DNA from: Leptospiraceae bacterium
GTDB taxonomy: Bacteria; Spirochaetota; Leptospiria; Leptospirales; Leptonemataceae
Length of the DNA stretch: 64,000 bases
Reading direction: 5' to 3'
Assembly (NCBI GenBank): GCA_040217195.1
Contig: JAVJNR010000005.1
Location: 352,001-416,000 of the forward strand
The notes under the pieces were generated by a model. It was given only the letters and a program-made list of their open reading frames with translations. It did not search any database and had not been told where the DNA came from. Of this stretch, positions 1 to 10,085 are shown piece after piece. A program made the position numbers and the translations under genes. How positions within the stretch are numbered: position 1 is the first letter of the stretch; each line of letters opens with the position of its first letter.

Positions 1-2
1 GG

Positions 3-1124
3 TCCAGACTGGATGGGGTGACTTCCTACAGGATTGTAGTATCTCAAAGCCAGAATCTATCCAATCCAATTATCAATGAGCAGCTGGTAGTAAATAGCAT
101 AACTCGAAACCTGAGTCCAGGAACCTATTACTGGCAGATTCAACCCATCAGTTCTGCAGAAGCCTCCGTTTCAAGTAGCGGCATAGGATCATTCTCTGTC
201 TCTCAACAGGATAACGTGTCAGCTCCCATACCCTTGAGTCCTGTAAACTCCACGTTTGTCCAGGCATTGCTTGAAAAGAATGGATTGACCTTTAGCTGGA
301 AACAGGACTCGGAAATTCGTTCGGTTAACTTTCAGCTCGCAGCGGATGGAAACTTTCAGAATGTTCTGACATCATCCACTGTGGGTAGCAATGTTTTTAG
401 ATACACTGGCTCCCTGGAACCGGGCACCTATTACTGGCGACTGACCGGAGAAGGGTTTAACAGCTCTCGCATAGCTCAATTTCAGATAGCAGAAAAAGAA
501 AGACTTCAGACCGTTTTACCAGCCCCTGGAAGCAGCCTCACATCCTTACAACAGGACGTTCAGGTTCGTTTCGCCTGGAAAGGTCCGGCGGGCAATTACA
601 GACTTCTGGTCTCGAACAATGCAAACCTGGAAGGGGCCCGGACAGCCAGTACATCGGATCGATCTGCCATTGTGCCAGGACTGGACCAGGGCACCTTTTT
701 CTGGAAAGTACAGAGACTCAGCTCCGATGGAGATGTGCTGGGAGAAAGCGCTATTTTGAACTTTAAGATAGAAAGAAAGCTGGATAAACCGGACCTGATC
801 TATCCTGTACCTGGATCCACGGTGGATATGACCGAACTGGATAAGATTGTATTTCGGTGGAAACCTGTAGAAGGAGCCAGAAGCTATACCATTAAGCTGT
901 ATATTATGGACGGAACCGGCCAGAGACAGCTAATTACCAGAAATGTTGTGGGCACTCAGTTTCAATTTGATGATTTGAGCCAGCTGGATACGGCTCTATT
1001 CCGGTACACGGTAGAAGCCAACGCCCCCGGGCTGGACGGCGAGCCAGCGCAGGCAGCATTTAGAATTTCTTTGCAACTGGACAAGAAACCAGAGTTTATT
1101 ACACCAGAGGTTATATTCAAATAG
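3..1124 (+). CDS. FN3/Ig-like repeat envelope protein, 5'-truncated by the window edge; paralog of the FecR-domain protein at 45386-46930
   Basis: The frame is open from position 3. Repeated 'L.PGTYYW' and 'F.W' FN3-like modules are present. The C-terminal module YPVPGSTVDMTELDKIVFRWKPVEGARSY...LDKKPEF matches 45386-46930 (FPSPNSAVDMSTRDSLLFRWTPVAGATKY...LDKPELE). Confidence 0.75.
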   Translation, partial: SRLDGVTSYRIVVSQSQNLSNPIINEQLVVNSITRNLSPGTYYWQIQPISSAEASVSSSGIGSFSVSQQDNVSAPIPLSPVNSTFVQALLEKNGLTFSWKQDSEIRSVNFQLAADGNFQNVLTSSTVGSNVFRYTGSLEPGTYYWRLTGEGFNSSRIAQFQIAEKERLQTVLPAPGSSLTSLQQDVQVRFAWKGPAGNYRLLVSNNANLEGARTASTSDRSAIVPGLDQGTFFWKVQRLSSDGDVLGESAILNFKIERKLDKPDLIYPVPGSTVDMTELDKIVFRWKPVEGARSYTIKLYIMDGTGQRQLITRNVVGTQFQFDDLSQLDTALFRYTVEANAPGLDGEPAQAAFRISLQLDKKPEFITPEVIFK

Positions 1125-1126
1125 CC

Positions 1127-2485
1127 ATGATTTTTCGAGCGCCCCGAGCAAATATTGCCGCCTCAGATAAAATGAGCCGGAATGCCACAAATACCTGTCT
1201 GACAGACGGATATCGTGCAACCTTTGGCTTCCGGGCCTTCCTGATCTCAAAAAAGTATGCAGTGGGAGGTTCAGGCAATCTTAGATCTTTCATTTTGCTC
1301 ATTGCCTTACTGCTTTTTTCGATGCCCGCTCTGGCAGAAAGCCCCGGTGATGAGAAAATCATCGAAGGACGTCAGGAGAATCCCAACCTGGCCAGTCTGT
1401 CTGTTTTGATGGAATGGACTTCGGTCAAGATTGCCCAGGAATACGTATTCCAGGTGGCTGATTTACGAGGTCGGATACTGATCGATAAAAGCGGCCTGAA
1501 GGATCCAAATGTAGAAATCAAGCTCAAACCAGGCAGATACCAGCGCCGAATTGGTATCGTAAACAAATTTGGAAAGATATCATTCTGGTCTCCCTGGGAA
1601 ACCTTTCGCCTTGTAAAAACCGAAGACCCTCGTATGAAAGAACTGACTCTGGGAGATCATACCCCGGGGCAAAGTACACGAGTCATTGTATCTGGTGAAA
1701 ACCTGGATGAGTTCACCGAGTTCGAAGCAAGTTCTGGAAAAAAGAAAGTAAAAATATGGCGTAAAGAAGTCCTGCCCGATGGCAAGGTTGCCCTGGATGT
1801 AGATACAAGCTCTCTGGGTAATCAGGCCGAGGTAGACATCGAGGCCAAAAACCCGGGCCGGGATCCAGACACAGTAGAATCTGCACTTGTTATTGATGGA
1901 AACGAAGCCTCCGTGGGCCAACCGTCTCTGGCCAGCGCCTGGGGACTGGACCTGGATATGCCAGATGGCTACACCTGGTTAATTCCTGGCTACAACCAGT
2001 TCGAAAGAGGCGAAACCATGAAAGGCTACCTGATTTCAGGTGGTATTCTGTTCTTTGGGGCGGCCTCTCTTTATTTCGCAAATGAAGCCAATACAGTGGC
2101 ATCATCTACTACGGGTGATTTTTCCCAGCAAATATTCGCCAATCCTCTGATATACAATGCAGTGGTCCCCAATCTTTCCAACACAGAATTCAATGTTTTG
2201 CGATTCCAGCAAAATCAGACCTATAATGCCAACTCGGATTCTTATAACTTCAATAAGAATGCCAGCTACATGTCAGCCGGTATTGCACTTTTAATCTATG
2301 GCTACCACCTCTGGGATGTGATGAGCCATGATTCGCCGGATGGACTGGCCTTAATCGCAGAGCCTCGATCATTAAAACCGGATTCGGCAGCGCCTGCACA
2401 ATGGAATCCCACTTCCGCCTATTCGCCCCAGCAGCGCAGACTGACCGAAACCTATATGGGCGCCGGATATGCGATTCATTTCTGA
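1127..2485 (+). CDS. Secreted/outer-membrane hypothetical protein with an FN3-like N-domain and a hydrophobic C-domain; paralog of 46970-47896
   Basis: Signal-like segment LLIALLLFSMPALA. Motifs RIGIVNKFGK and WLIPGYNQFERG are shared with 46970-47896. The true start may lie downstream. Confidence 0.7.
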   Translation: MIFRAPRANIAASDKMSRNATNTCLTDGYRATFGFRAFLISKKYAVGGSGNLRSFILLIALLLFSMPALAESPGDEKIIEGRQENPNLASLSVLMEWTSVKIAQEYVFQVADLRGRILIDKSGLKDPNVEIKLKPGRYQRRIGIVNKFGKISFWSPWETFRLVKTEDPRMKELTLGDHTPGQSTRVIVSGENLDEFTEFEASSGKKKVKIWRKEVLPDGKVALDVDTSSLGNQAEVDIEAKNPGRDPDTVESALVIDGNEASVGQPSLASAWGLDLDMPDGYTWLIPGYNQFERGETMKGYLISGGILFFGAASLYFANEANTVASSTTGDFSQQIFANPLIYNAVVPNLSNTEFNVLRFQQNQTYNANSDSYNFNKNASYMSAGIALLIYGYHLWDVMSHDSPDGLALIAEPRSLKPDSAAPAQWNPTSAYSPQQRRLTETYMGAGYAIHF

Positions 2486-2487
2486 TT

Positions 2488-2928
2488 CTAGAGAATGGTT
2501 CTCAGATAGCCCCAGAATAGAACTGCAAAACCGCCCACTTCTCCGAGAATCAAAAGCACCATAGCTCCATGAATCATAAATGGTGGCATTCTCCAGGAAC
2601 CAAGTGTATAGGGTTTACGAAATTGATTGTCGGTATCGCCCAGGATAGCATGTATCAAGTAGGTAAACTGAGCGAATATGAAAAAAGTAATCACCGCAAG
2701 TACCGACAGGATCTCAGTGAAGTCCGATAAATTGCTTAGCTCCACAAATTGTGCCAGCAACAGGGATGCGAAACTATAAAGTAGCGCTGCCCGATGCAGA
2801 ATGTTTACGTACTCCGGCGCCTCTGCCTCAGCAGAGCGAAGAATTCCTCCGTACTTCCAGATTCCAGACAACAGACCTGCAAGAAAGAAAGAGCCCGCCG
2901 CCACGTAGCAAATGTGCATTGCATTCAT
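2488..2928 (-). CDS. Small integral membrane protein (about 4 TM helices)
   Basis: 146-aa ORF with four hydrophobic segments; motif YVNILHRAALLYSFA. Confidence 0.7.
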   Translation of the reverse strand: MNAMHICYVAAGSFFLAGLLSGIWKYGGILRSAEAEAPEYVNILHRAALLYSFASLLLAQFVELSNLSDFTEILSVLAVITFFIFAQFTYLIHAILGDTDNQFRKPYTLGSWRMPPFMIHGAMVLLILGEVGGFAVLFWGYLRTIL

Positions 2929-3100
2929 TTTATTATCCGTCCTTTTTGCGCGGCCACTTACTACTGGCCAACGCTATAGCAATCATGCCATGAAATGCAG
3001 TTAAAATCGACTGAAACTATAATCTGGGTCTCCCAATTCTGGAACTTCAGTGCAAATAAAGGCGGCAACGAAGTTTGGACAGGGATTTCAGTGGCAAAAG

Positions 3101-4198
3101 CTAAACAGAGCGATTCTCTCTTTGCCGGTATTGCCCGGGGGTAACTCCGGCAATTCCTTTGAATGCTCGGTTAAAAGAAGACTTTGAATTGAATCCCACA
3201 GCAAGTGCAACGGACAGTATACTTCTATCTTTTTGCTCCAGAAGCATATTGCAGGCAGCCTCCACCCGGTGCTGATTCACAAACTCTGCGAAGCTCATAT
3301 CCAGATGGGAATTTATCAACTCAGAGAGCTGATGGGGTGTTAAATCCACTGCATCAGCCAATCCTGCAAGTCGCAGATCCTCATCTGCATAGTAGGACTC
3401 CTCCCCCATCAATCGATTGAGCTTCTCCAGAATTCCTTCCACGTCCAGTCCAGATAGTTTACTTTTTGCGTAGCGCACCTTCTGGATTGCTTCGGAAAAC
3501 TCAAACATGGCCGAGGGCTGAACACGGGAGAAAAAGAACACAGCTACGGCTGCCAGTGTATGAGACCATACAGAAGCGCGAAACAGCCAGGTAATTGAGA
3601 ATAAGTATCCTGCTATATCCGCCAGAATCATTAGCCATACATATAGTAGAAGAATATGCGCGAATGGCTTGATTTCAGAAGGTAGACTTTGAAGAGCTCT
3701 TGCTCCCTCTCCGGAGCTTCGTAGTGGAATCCATAGCGAATAGGCAAGAATGAGAGCCTTGGGACCAATGACCCAGAGGACAAGAAACCATCCCTCCGTA
3801 CTGCGCTTTGATTCGAAGATTTCCAGGATCAATGCAATCAATGCTTCCGGCTCAGAAGAGACCCAGAACAACGGCAATGCAGCAAACACTGGAAAAAGAA
3901 AGTGCAGATATTCGAATCGCTTCCACTGTAATCCGGCCAGACGATCATAGTATGCCATGATCACAGGACCTATGGCATACATGATTGGCAAAAAAAGAAC
4001 ATAGTAAAAGGGAGATGGAACAAACAATCCGGAAAGAAAGAAGGCCTCCCATATCAAGCGCAGCCCGGACATACCTACAAAGGCCACGGCAATGAAGCTT
4101 CCTGCATTTCTTCCAGGAATTGCCAGACTCATAGCCCAGGTCAGACAGAACAATCCGCCAAAGCCAGCCACCGAATAATCGAATAAAGAACCGGGCAT
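3101..4198 (-). CDS. Membrane-anchored AraC-family transcriptional regulator
   Basis: Multi-TM N-terminus and a C-terminal AraC HTH (LTPHQLSELIN...FVNQHRVEAA...ILSVALAVGFNSKSSFNRAFK...TPGQYR). Start placed at the ATG of MPGSLF; the ORF is open up to 4333. Confidence 0.88.
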   Translation of the reverse strand: MPGSLFDYSVAGFGGLFCLTWAMSLAIPGRNAGSFIAVAFVGMSGLRLIWEAFFLSGLFVPSPFYYVLFLPIMYAIGPVIMAYYDRLAGLQWKRFEYLHFLFPVFAALPLFWVSSEPEALIALILEIFESKRSTEGWFLVLWVIGPKALILAYSLWIPLRSSGEGARALQSLPSEIKPFAHILLLYVWLMILADIAGYLFSITWLFRASVWSHTLAAVAVFFFSRVQPSAMFEFSEAIQKVRYAKSKLSGLDVEGILEKLNRLMGEESYYADEDLRLAGLADAVDLTPHQLSELINSHLDMSFAEFVNQHRVEAACNMLLEQKDRSILSVALAVGFNSKSSFNRAFKGIAGVTPGQYRQRENRSV

Positions 4199-4359
4199 GG
4201 GATAACCTGGGTACAGGCAATGTATAGATGCAACTACAATGAAATATTTTTGGGAGCCAGCATGGGATTGGATGACCAATACAGACAAATGAGAGCCCTC
4301 AGAGTCACCATACGAGCAAGCAGCGTAGCTCAATCTGGCTGGATCATTCCCCGGGACAA

Positions 4360-4779
4360 TTAAAAGCCAGAATTTCCCGCATCTTCCGGGTCAATCTGTT
4401 TGAGAACCTTTGCCTTCCCTGTAAAATCCTCACCAATCAGTACATTCACTACTATGCCCTTTCCGCCCACAATGTCTCCATGTAGGACATTGATCTTGGC
4501 CTGTCCATCCAGGATATTTCCACGCATTACTTCTATTTGAAGGCCAAATGTTTTATGCCCTTTAATATCCCCTTCCAGGTAGCGAATACTTAGATTTCTA
4601 CAATCTTCCAGATCACCGCGGACATAGGTATAAGTCTGATTCTTATCTCTGTAAAGATCTTTGTTAACTACCAGTACTTGCGGATCTTCGGATTCAGACT
4701 GACAGCTGGATAGTATCGCAACTGTAACAAGTAGTGTTAGAAAAAAGTAGCAGGAACGTCGACAGAGGAGCATAAACAA
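4360..4779 (-). CDS. Putative lipoprotein with short repeated beta-type motifs
   Basis: Lipobox-like ILSSC after a hydrophobic stretch; repeated (V/Y)-x-x-G-(D/N/E) units. Confidence 0.65.
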   Translation of the reverse strand: MFMLLCRRSCYFFLTLLVTVAILSSCQSESEDPQVLVVNKDLYRDKNQTYTYVRGDLEDCRNLSIRYLEGDIKGHKTFGLQIEVMRGNILDGQAKINVLHGDIVGGKGIVVNVLIGEDFTGKAKVLKQIDPEDAGNSGF

Positions 4780-4813
4780 TCTTTTAGAGAGTGATCCACA
4801 AGACTACCATTCT

Positions 4814-5818
4814 TCAGGCATGTTTGCGAACCAGGGTTTCAATTTTATGGTTCATCTCTTTTTCCGCATAGTCCCAGACCAGTCGCACCGCATTTTTATA
4901 GGCCTTGGCGTTCGAGTTTCCATGACCTATGACACAGGCACCATTCACGCCCAGTAGAGGTGCGCCGCCATATTCGGTGTAATCCATACGTCGTTTAATT
5001 TCTTCCAGAACAGGCTTCAATAAGTATGCTCCGGTTCTGGCCAGAGAAGAACCTGCAATCCCTCGCAGAAGGATGGTAAAAATGGAGCCTGCAAGACCTT
5101 CCGTGGCCTTCAATAATACGTTGCCCATGAATCCGTCGCAGACTACCACATCTGCTTTTCTTGGAGTCCCACCATATATATCCCTTCCTTCAATATTACC
5201 TATGAAGTCATAGGGAAGCTTGGCCAATCTCTGGTAGGCAGAAATGGAAAGTGCATTTCCTTTTTTCTCTTCTTCGCCGTTAGAAAGTAATGCTATTTTT
5301 GGAGATTCCACTCCCAGGATTTCCCGGGCATAGAGTTCTCCCATGATTGCGAATTGCACCATCCATTGTGGCTTTACATCCACATTTGCGCCGGAGTCCA
5401 CCAGTATGGTAGTACCTCCGTCTTCTCTTGGAATGGGTGATGCTATGCAGGGCCGACTGACTCCCCGAATTCGCCCCATCTCCATAAGAGCTGCCGCCAT
5501 GGTAGCTCCGGTATTGCCGGGCGAAAAGAAACCGATGGCTTTTTGCTCTCGCACCATGCGAGCGGCCACTACGACAGATGAGTCTTTTCTTGTGCGAACG
5601 GACTGAGAAGGAGAATCACTCATTCCAATTACATCGCTGGCTTCTTCAATTTCCACCATGTCCCGATCGTAGGAATGCTTTTCCAGGATGGCTTCCAGTT
5701 TTCCGGTATCGCCTACCAGAATAACTCTAGCCCCATATTCGCGGACCGCAGCCAGGGCTCCACTCACAGCAGGTTCCGGGCCCAGTTCCCCACTCATGGT
5801 ATCCACGGCTACGCTCAC
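4814..5818 (-). CDS. plsX: Phosphate acyltransferase PlsX
   Basis: VAVDTMSGE, SPGNTGA, LVDSGANVD, NGEEEKKGN, DVVVCDGFMGNVLLK, YGGAPLLGVNG; lies downstream of rpmF. Confidence 0.96.
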   Translation of the reverse strand: MSVAVDTMSGELGPEPAVSGALAAVREYGARVILVGDTGKLEAILEKHSYDRDMVEIEEASDVIGMSDSPSQSVRTRKDSSVVVAARMVREQKAIGFFSPGNTGATMAAALMEMGRIRGVSRPCIASPIPREDGGTTILVDSGANVDVKPQWMVQFAIMGELYAREILGVESPKIALLSNGEEEKKGNALSISAYQRLAKLPYDFIGNIEGRDIYGGTPRKADVVVCDGFMGNVLLKATEGLAGSIFTILLRGIAGSSLARTGAYLLKPVLEEIKRRMDYTEYGGAPLLGVNGACVIGHGNSNAKAYKNAVRLVWDYAEKEMNHKIETLVRKHA

Positions 5819-5932
5819 GGACGTATAGAACGATGCCAGGCACAGGCGGTCAATCGCTTTCGACGGATAATCGGAAGGCTCAGTTGAGATTCGCCTGAGC
5901 GGCAGGTTTTTTCGGAAGGAAAGGTAAACCTA

Positions 5933-5980
5933 AAACACAAATAGGACATTGCCATTGCAACCGTATGGCCAGCAATGGCT
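5933..5980 (-). terminator. Possible terminator or hairpin downstream of rpmF
   Basis: Inverted repeat gccattgc (5951-5958) / gcaatggc (5972-5979), followed on the minus strand by a loosely T-rich tract. Confidence 0.35.
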
Positions 5981-6009
5981 TTGAAAGTATCTGAGTTGCT
6001 GAAGAACGG

Positions 6010-6204
6010 TTATGCGCCGGTCACAGGCGTGCGCGGTTCCAGGACTATACGATCCTTATACCAGCCGCAGGTGGGGCATACTCGATGCGGCATGATGAAG
6101 GAACCGCAATTCTTGCATGGAGCCAGGTTCGGCTTACCGATTGCGTGATGAGCTCTTCTGGAGCGGGTCTTCTGCTTGGATGTTTTTCTCTTAGGTACTG
6201 CCAT
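6010..6204 (-). CDS. rpmF: 50S ribosomal protein L32 (zinc-ribbon, four-Cys form)
   Basis: [19 protein letters not shown]...CKNCG...[17 protein letters not shown] Shine-Dalgarno just before the ATG at 6204. Confidence 0.97.
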   Translation of the reverse strand: MAVPKRKTSKQKTRSRRAHHAIGKPNLAPCKNCGSFIMPHRVCPTCGWYKDRIVLEPRTPVTGA

Positions 6205-6305
6205 ATGCTCCCCGAAAGGCCAAGAAATTCGCACCTGAGTGCCCATACAAGGCTTTTTCCAAAAAAACTGGACCGGACAGGGAGATTCTAGATCTCGTTT
6301 TAACA

Positions 6306-7340
6306 ATGTCCCTTCTACAACGCCTTGAGGCGCTAAATGATAGAGCCGCATCCGGCCTCAGCCAATGTGAGGACCCTACCCAACTGGAGTCTCTCTATCA
6401 TGAGATTCTGGGCAAAAAGGGAGAGCTCACAGAAATTCTAAAAGGCATCAAAGACCTGAGCCCGGAAGAAAAGAAGCATGCAGGCTCCAGAGCAAACGAA
6501 ATTCGATCTGAGCTGGAAAAGCGATTCAAGGAAGCACAGCAAGAATTGAAGGCTCGCGCCCTGCAGCAGGCCCTGGAGAACGAGACCTATGATGTTATGC
6601 GCCCAATTTCTTTCCATGCAGGCAGTCTACATCCGATTTCAGAGGTTCAGTACCAGGTGGAGGAAATCTTTTCCAGCATGGGATTTAGAATCATGGATGG
6701 GCCTGAAGTGGAAACCGATGAAAGCAATTTTGGAGCTTTGAACTTTTCCGATGATCATCCGGCCAGGGATATGCAAGATACGATCTGGGTGGAGGGCGGC
6801 AACCTGCTACGAACTCATACTTCTACAGTGCAGGTTCGCTCCATGAAAATGCTGGAGCCCCCTTTTCGCATTGTGGCGCCGGGCAGGGTCTTTCGCTTCG
6901 AACAAACGGATGCCAGTCATGAAACAACATTCCATCAGGTGGAAGGCATGATGGTGGATAAGGAAGTTTCCGTATCTCATCTTATCTATGTAATGAAGAC
7001 CTTTCTGCGCCGCTATTTTGAAAAGGATGTGGAAGTGAGACTACGACCGGGCTATTTTCCTTTTGTAGAACCGGGCTTTGAACTGGATTTTAGCTGTCTG
7101 GTATGCGATGGAAAAGGCTGCTCTGTATGCAAGCATTCCGGATGGGTTGAAATCATGCCCTGCGGGCTGGTGCATCCTAATGTACTTTCCGCCGGTGGAA
7201 TTGATCCAGACAAATGGCAGGGATTCGCATTTGGCCTTGGACTCAGTCGACTGGTCATGATGAGACACAAGATCGAAGACATTCGTCATCTATTGTCCGG
7301 GAACATGCGATTTTTAAAAGCGTTCAGCCAGGGACGTTAG
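6306..7340 (+). CDS. pheS: Phenylalanine--tRNA ligase alpha subunit
   Basis: [44 protein letters not shown]. Confidence 0.98.
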   Translation: MSLLQRLEALNDRAASGLSQCEDPTQLESLYHEILGKKGELTEILKGIKDLSPEEKKHAGSRANEIRSELEKRFKEAQQELKARALQQALENETYDVMRPISFHAGSLHPISEVQYQVEEIFSSMGFRIMDGPEVETDESNFGALNFSDDHPARDMQDTIWVEGGNLLRTHTSTVQVRSMKMLEPPFRIVAPGRVFRFEQTDASHETTFHQVEGMMVDKEVSVSHLIYVMKTFLRRYFEKDVEVRLRPGYFPFVEPGFELDFSCLVCDGKGCSVCKHSGWVEIMPCGLVHPNVLSAGGIDPDKWQGFAFGLGLSRLVMMRHKIEDIRHLLSGNMRFLKAFSQGR

Positions 7341-7392
7341 GAAGCCAGGAAATCAAAATCATAAAGCCGTCCTACTAGAGAAGAAGAAATCT

Positions 7393-10065
7393 ATGAAATT
7401 ATCATTAAACTGGATCAATCAATACATCAAAGTCGCAGACATTCCTCTCGATGACCTGGTCAAAAAACTGACCCTGTCTACCTGCGAAGTGGAAGAGGTA
7501 ATTCCTGCTTTTCCTGATCTGGATAAACTCATAGTAGCCCGGGTTGAATCTCTGGAAAAACATCCAGATGCGGACCGATTGAATGTCTGCCAGGTATTTG
7601 ATGGAAAGAACAGATTGCAGGTGATTTGCGGCGCTTCCAATGTTCGGGCCGGGATTCATGTAATGTTCGCGCCGGTGGGCATTACTCTTGAAAATTCTCA
7701 GGAACCCCTGAAAATAGAAAAGCGAAAGATTCGCGGAGTGGAATCCAGCGGCATGATCTGCGCTCCTTCGGAAGCGGGAGCTGAGCTACTATTTCCCAAC
7801 CGAGAAGGGATTCTAATTCTGGATGATGAAGAACTGATCCTGGAAAACGGACCAGCCAGACCGGAAAAATACATTGGCAAACCGGTTTCCAGTCTGCTTC
7901 CAGTCACCGATACAATTCTGGATATAGACAATAAGTCCATTACCCATCGTCCGGATCTCTGGTGCCATTTTGGATTCGCCCGGGAAGTGGCTGCGATCTA
8001 CAGGCGAGACCTGATCTTCGATCCCCTGCAGACTCAGGCGCCATCCTCTATTAAGGCTCTGGAAAGCTACAAGATTGAAATTCGAAGCGAAGCTGCCCTG
8101 GGCTACAGTGGACTGTCTGCCACAGGAATCAACGTAGGCCCTTCCCCGCTCTGGCTTAGAGCCAGGCTTGCAGCCGTAGGACAGAAATCCATCAACAACA
8201 TTGTGGATGCCTCGAACTACGTTATGCTGGAACTGGCGCAGCCCAACCATGCATTCGATCGTAAGAAGTTAAATTGCAGCACCATTGCAATAGATAAAGC
8301 GGGCAAGAATGTGAAAGTGGATACTCTGGACGATGAATCCACGGAAGTACCGGAGAACTCTGTTTTGATTCTAGCTGAGGGTGGCTCACAGAAGAAGTCA
8401 AAACCGGTGGCTGTAGGCGGAATCATTGGTGGATCGGAAACCGCCATTTCAGATGAAACCACGGAGATCTTTCTGGAATCGGCCACGTTCCCCCGGGAGT
8501 TAATACGACGAACTCTTTCCCGACTGTCCAACCGGACGGACTCTGCTGTAAGATTTGAAAAAGGTCAGGACCCGGCGAAAATGATTCCTGCTCTCTATCG
8601 TCTAAGCGAAATCATTTCCAGGGTCAGTCCGAAGGCTCGCTTTGGCTCTGTGGTGAAATCCGGAGATACCAGGGGGCAGAAAAATACCATCAAGACATCC
8701 CTGGGATTCTTACAGAGTCGACTGGGCTTTCCTATTTCTGTTCGGGAAGTATCAGAAACTATGCAACGGCTATTCTTCCAGGTGTCTATCAACGGTCAGC
8801 TCCAGGAGAATTCTGTGGGCTCAGCGAAGACCGGTAACTCTAAGCAGCCTGCGAAAAAGGCTACAAAAAAGAAAACTGCAAAAGGTAAAGCCTCGGTTAG
8901 CAGTTCGAAAAAGAAATCCGCTTCAGCAAGCGAAGATGTTCCGGAATCTGTAGAGCTTAAGTTCACCGCTCCCACTTTTCGATCCCAGTACGATGTTTCC
9001 ATCCCGGAAGATATCATAGAAGAACTGGGTCGGATCTACGGTTACGATAATATTCCTGAAAAGGGACCGGCACCGGAACTGATTTCAGTCCCTCTCAATG
9101 AAAAGAGAAATCTGGAAATACAAATCAAGAATACGTTTCGCAGCCATGGATTCTACGAAACCCTGAACTATTCCTTCTGCTCCCAAAAGGATAACCAGCC
9201 CTATGGAAACCCGGGCCTTCGTATTTTGAACCCTGTGAATGCTTCCCAGGATCGAATGAGGCTTTCGCAGATTCCCGGTATTCTCAGGCAAGCAGCGTTG
9301 AACCAGAACAGGTTTGACTCTGTGCGATTACTGGAGCTGGGTCGGATTTTTGAACCGCCGAAGGAGCTCACCAGGTCCGCAGAAAAGAACCTACCTCGGG
9401 AAAGAAATCGTCTTTCTTTTGTATCTCTACCGGACGAAGAAAAGAATGCTTCCGAATCGACCGCCTTTGATGAATTCCTGAGAATGCGTTCAATCCTGGA
9501 AGCATTCCTTGCCGGTTGCAATGTTCAATATGAACTGAAAATCCCGGAGCAGAAGCAATTCTATCTGCATCCTGGATGTCAGCTGGAGATTCGCCTGCCG
9601 GCAGACAAAGCTACATCCCAACCGCACGCAGAGACCCTGCTGGGCTACGGCGGATTGATCCATCCAGGGTATGCCGGTTCATTCGAGCTAAAGCGTCCTG
9701 GCACTCTGTTCGATCTGGATTTTGATGTTCTTCAGGACCGGGTCGCTTATCAAAGCAGACAATCGTTCTATCGCCCTCCGGGCAACCAGCCAGATTCTCT
9801 ATTTGAGTTTACCGTTGTTCTAAAGAAAGACGATTCCACGGCAAGACCGCTGGCAATTGTAGAGGCCCTGAAAATTCAAGAAATCCAGGATATCGCTTTA
9901 AAGACCATCTACCGGGGAGCCCCTCTGGAGGCGGATGAGATGGCCGTTAGCTACAGGGTACGAGCTTCAAGACACAATGAGACCCTGGCCGGCAAGGATA
10001 GTCAGAAGATTCTGGACTCGATAATCGCAGCCCTGGAATCAGAAAAAATACCGCTTAGAAGCTAA
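7393..10065 (+). CDS. pheT: Phenylalanine--tRNA ligase beta subunit, with a Lys/Ser-rich insertion
   Basis: HPDADRL, IRGVESSGMIC, ITHRPDL, SINNIVDASNYVMLE, RFEKG, PTFRSQYDV..PEDIIEELGRIYGY; follows pheS. Confidence 0.97.
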   Translation: MKLSLNWINQYIKVADIPLDDLVKKLTLSTCEVEEVIPAFPDLDKLIVARVESLEKHPDADRLNVCQVFDGKNRLQVICGASNVRAGIHVMFAPVGITLENSQEPLKIEKRKIRGVESSGMICAPSEAGAELLFPNREGILILDDEELILENGPARPEKYIGKPVSSLLPVTDTILDIDNKSITHRPDLWCHFGFAREVAAIYRRDLIFDPLQTQAPSSIKALESYKIEIRSEAALGYSGLSATGINVGPSPLWLRARLAAVGQKSINNIVDASNYVMLELAQPNHAFDRKKLNCSTIAIDKAGKNVKVDTLDDESTEVPENSVLILAEGGSQKKSKPVAVGGIIGGSETAISDETTEIFLESATFPRELIRRTLSRLSNRTDSAVRFEKGQDPAKMIPALYRLSEIISRVSPKARFGSVVKSGDTRGQKNTIKTSLGFLQSRLGFPISVREVSETMQRLFFQVSINGQLQENSVGSAKTGNSKQPAKKATKKKTAKGKASVSSSKKKSASASEDVPESVELKFTAPTFRSQYDVSIPEDIIEELGRIYGYDNIPEKGPAPELISVPLNEKRNLEIQIKNTFRSHGFYETLNYSFCSQKDNQPYGNPGLRILNPVNASQDRMRLSQIPGILRQAALNQNRFDSVRLLELGRIFEPPKELTRSAEKNLPRERNRLSFVSLPDEEKNASESTAFDEFLRMRSILEAFLAGCNVQYELKIPEQKQFYLHPGCQLEIRLPADKATSQPHAETLLGYGGLIHPGYAGSFELKRPGTLFDLDFDVLQDRVAYQSRQSFYRPPGNQPDSLFEFTVVLKKDDSTARPLAIVEALKIQEIQDIALKTIYRGAPLEADEMAVSYRVRASRHNETLAGKDSQKILDSIIAALESEKIPLRS

Positions 10066-10085
10066 TTTTATCTTATCTTTTCGAG

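Noticed and set aside
6205..6351. N-terminal extension of the rpmF ORF in the ORF track
   Set aside because: Overlaps pheS on the opposite strand; the canonical MAVPK start with an RBS is at 6204.
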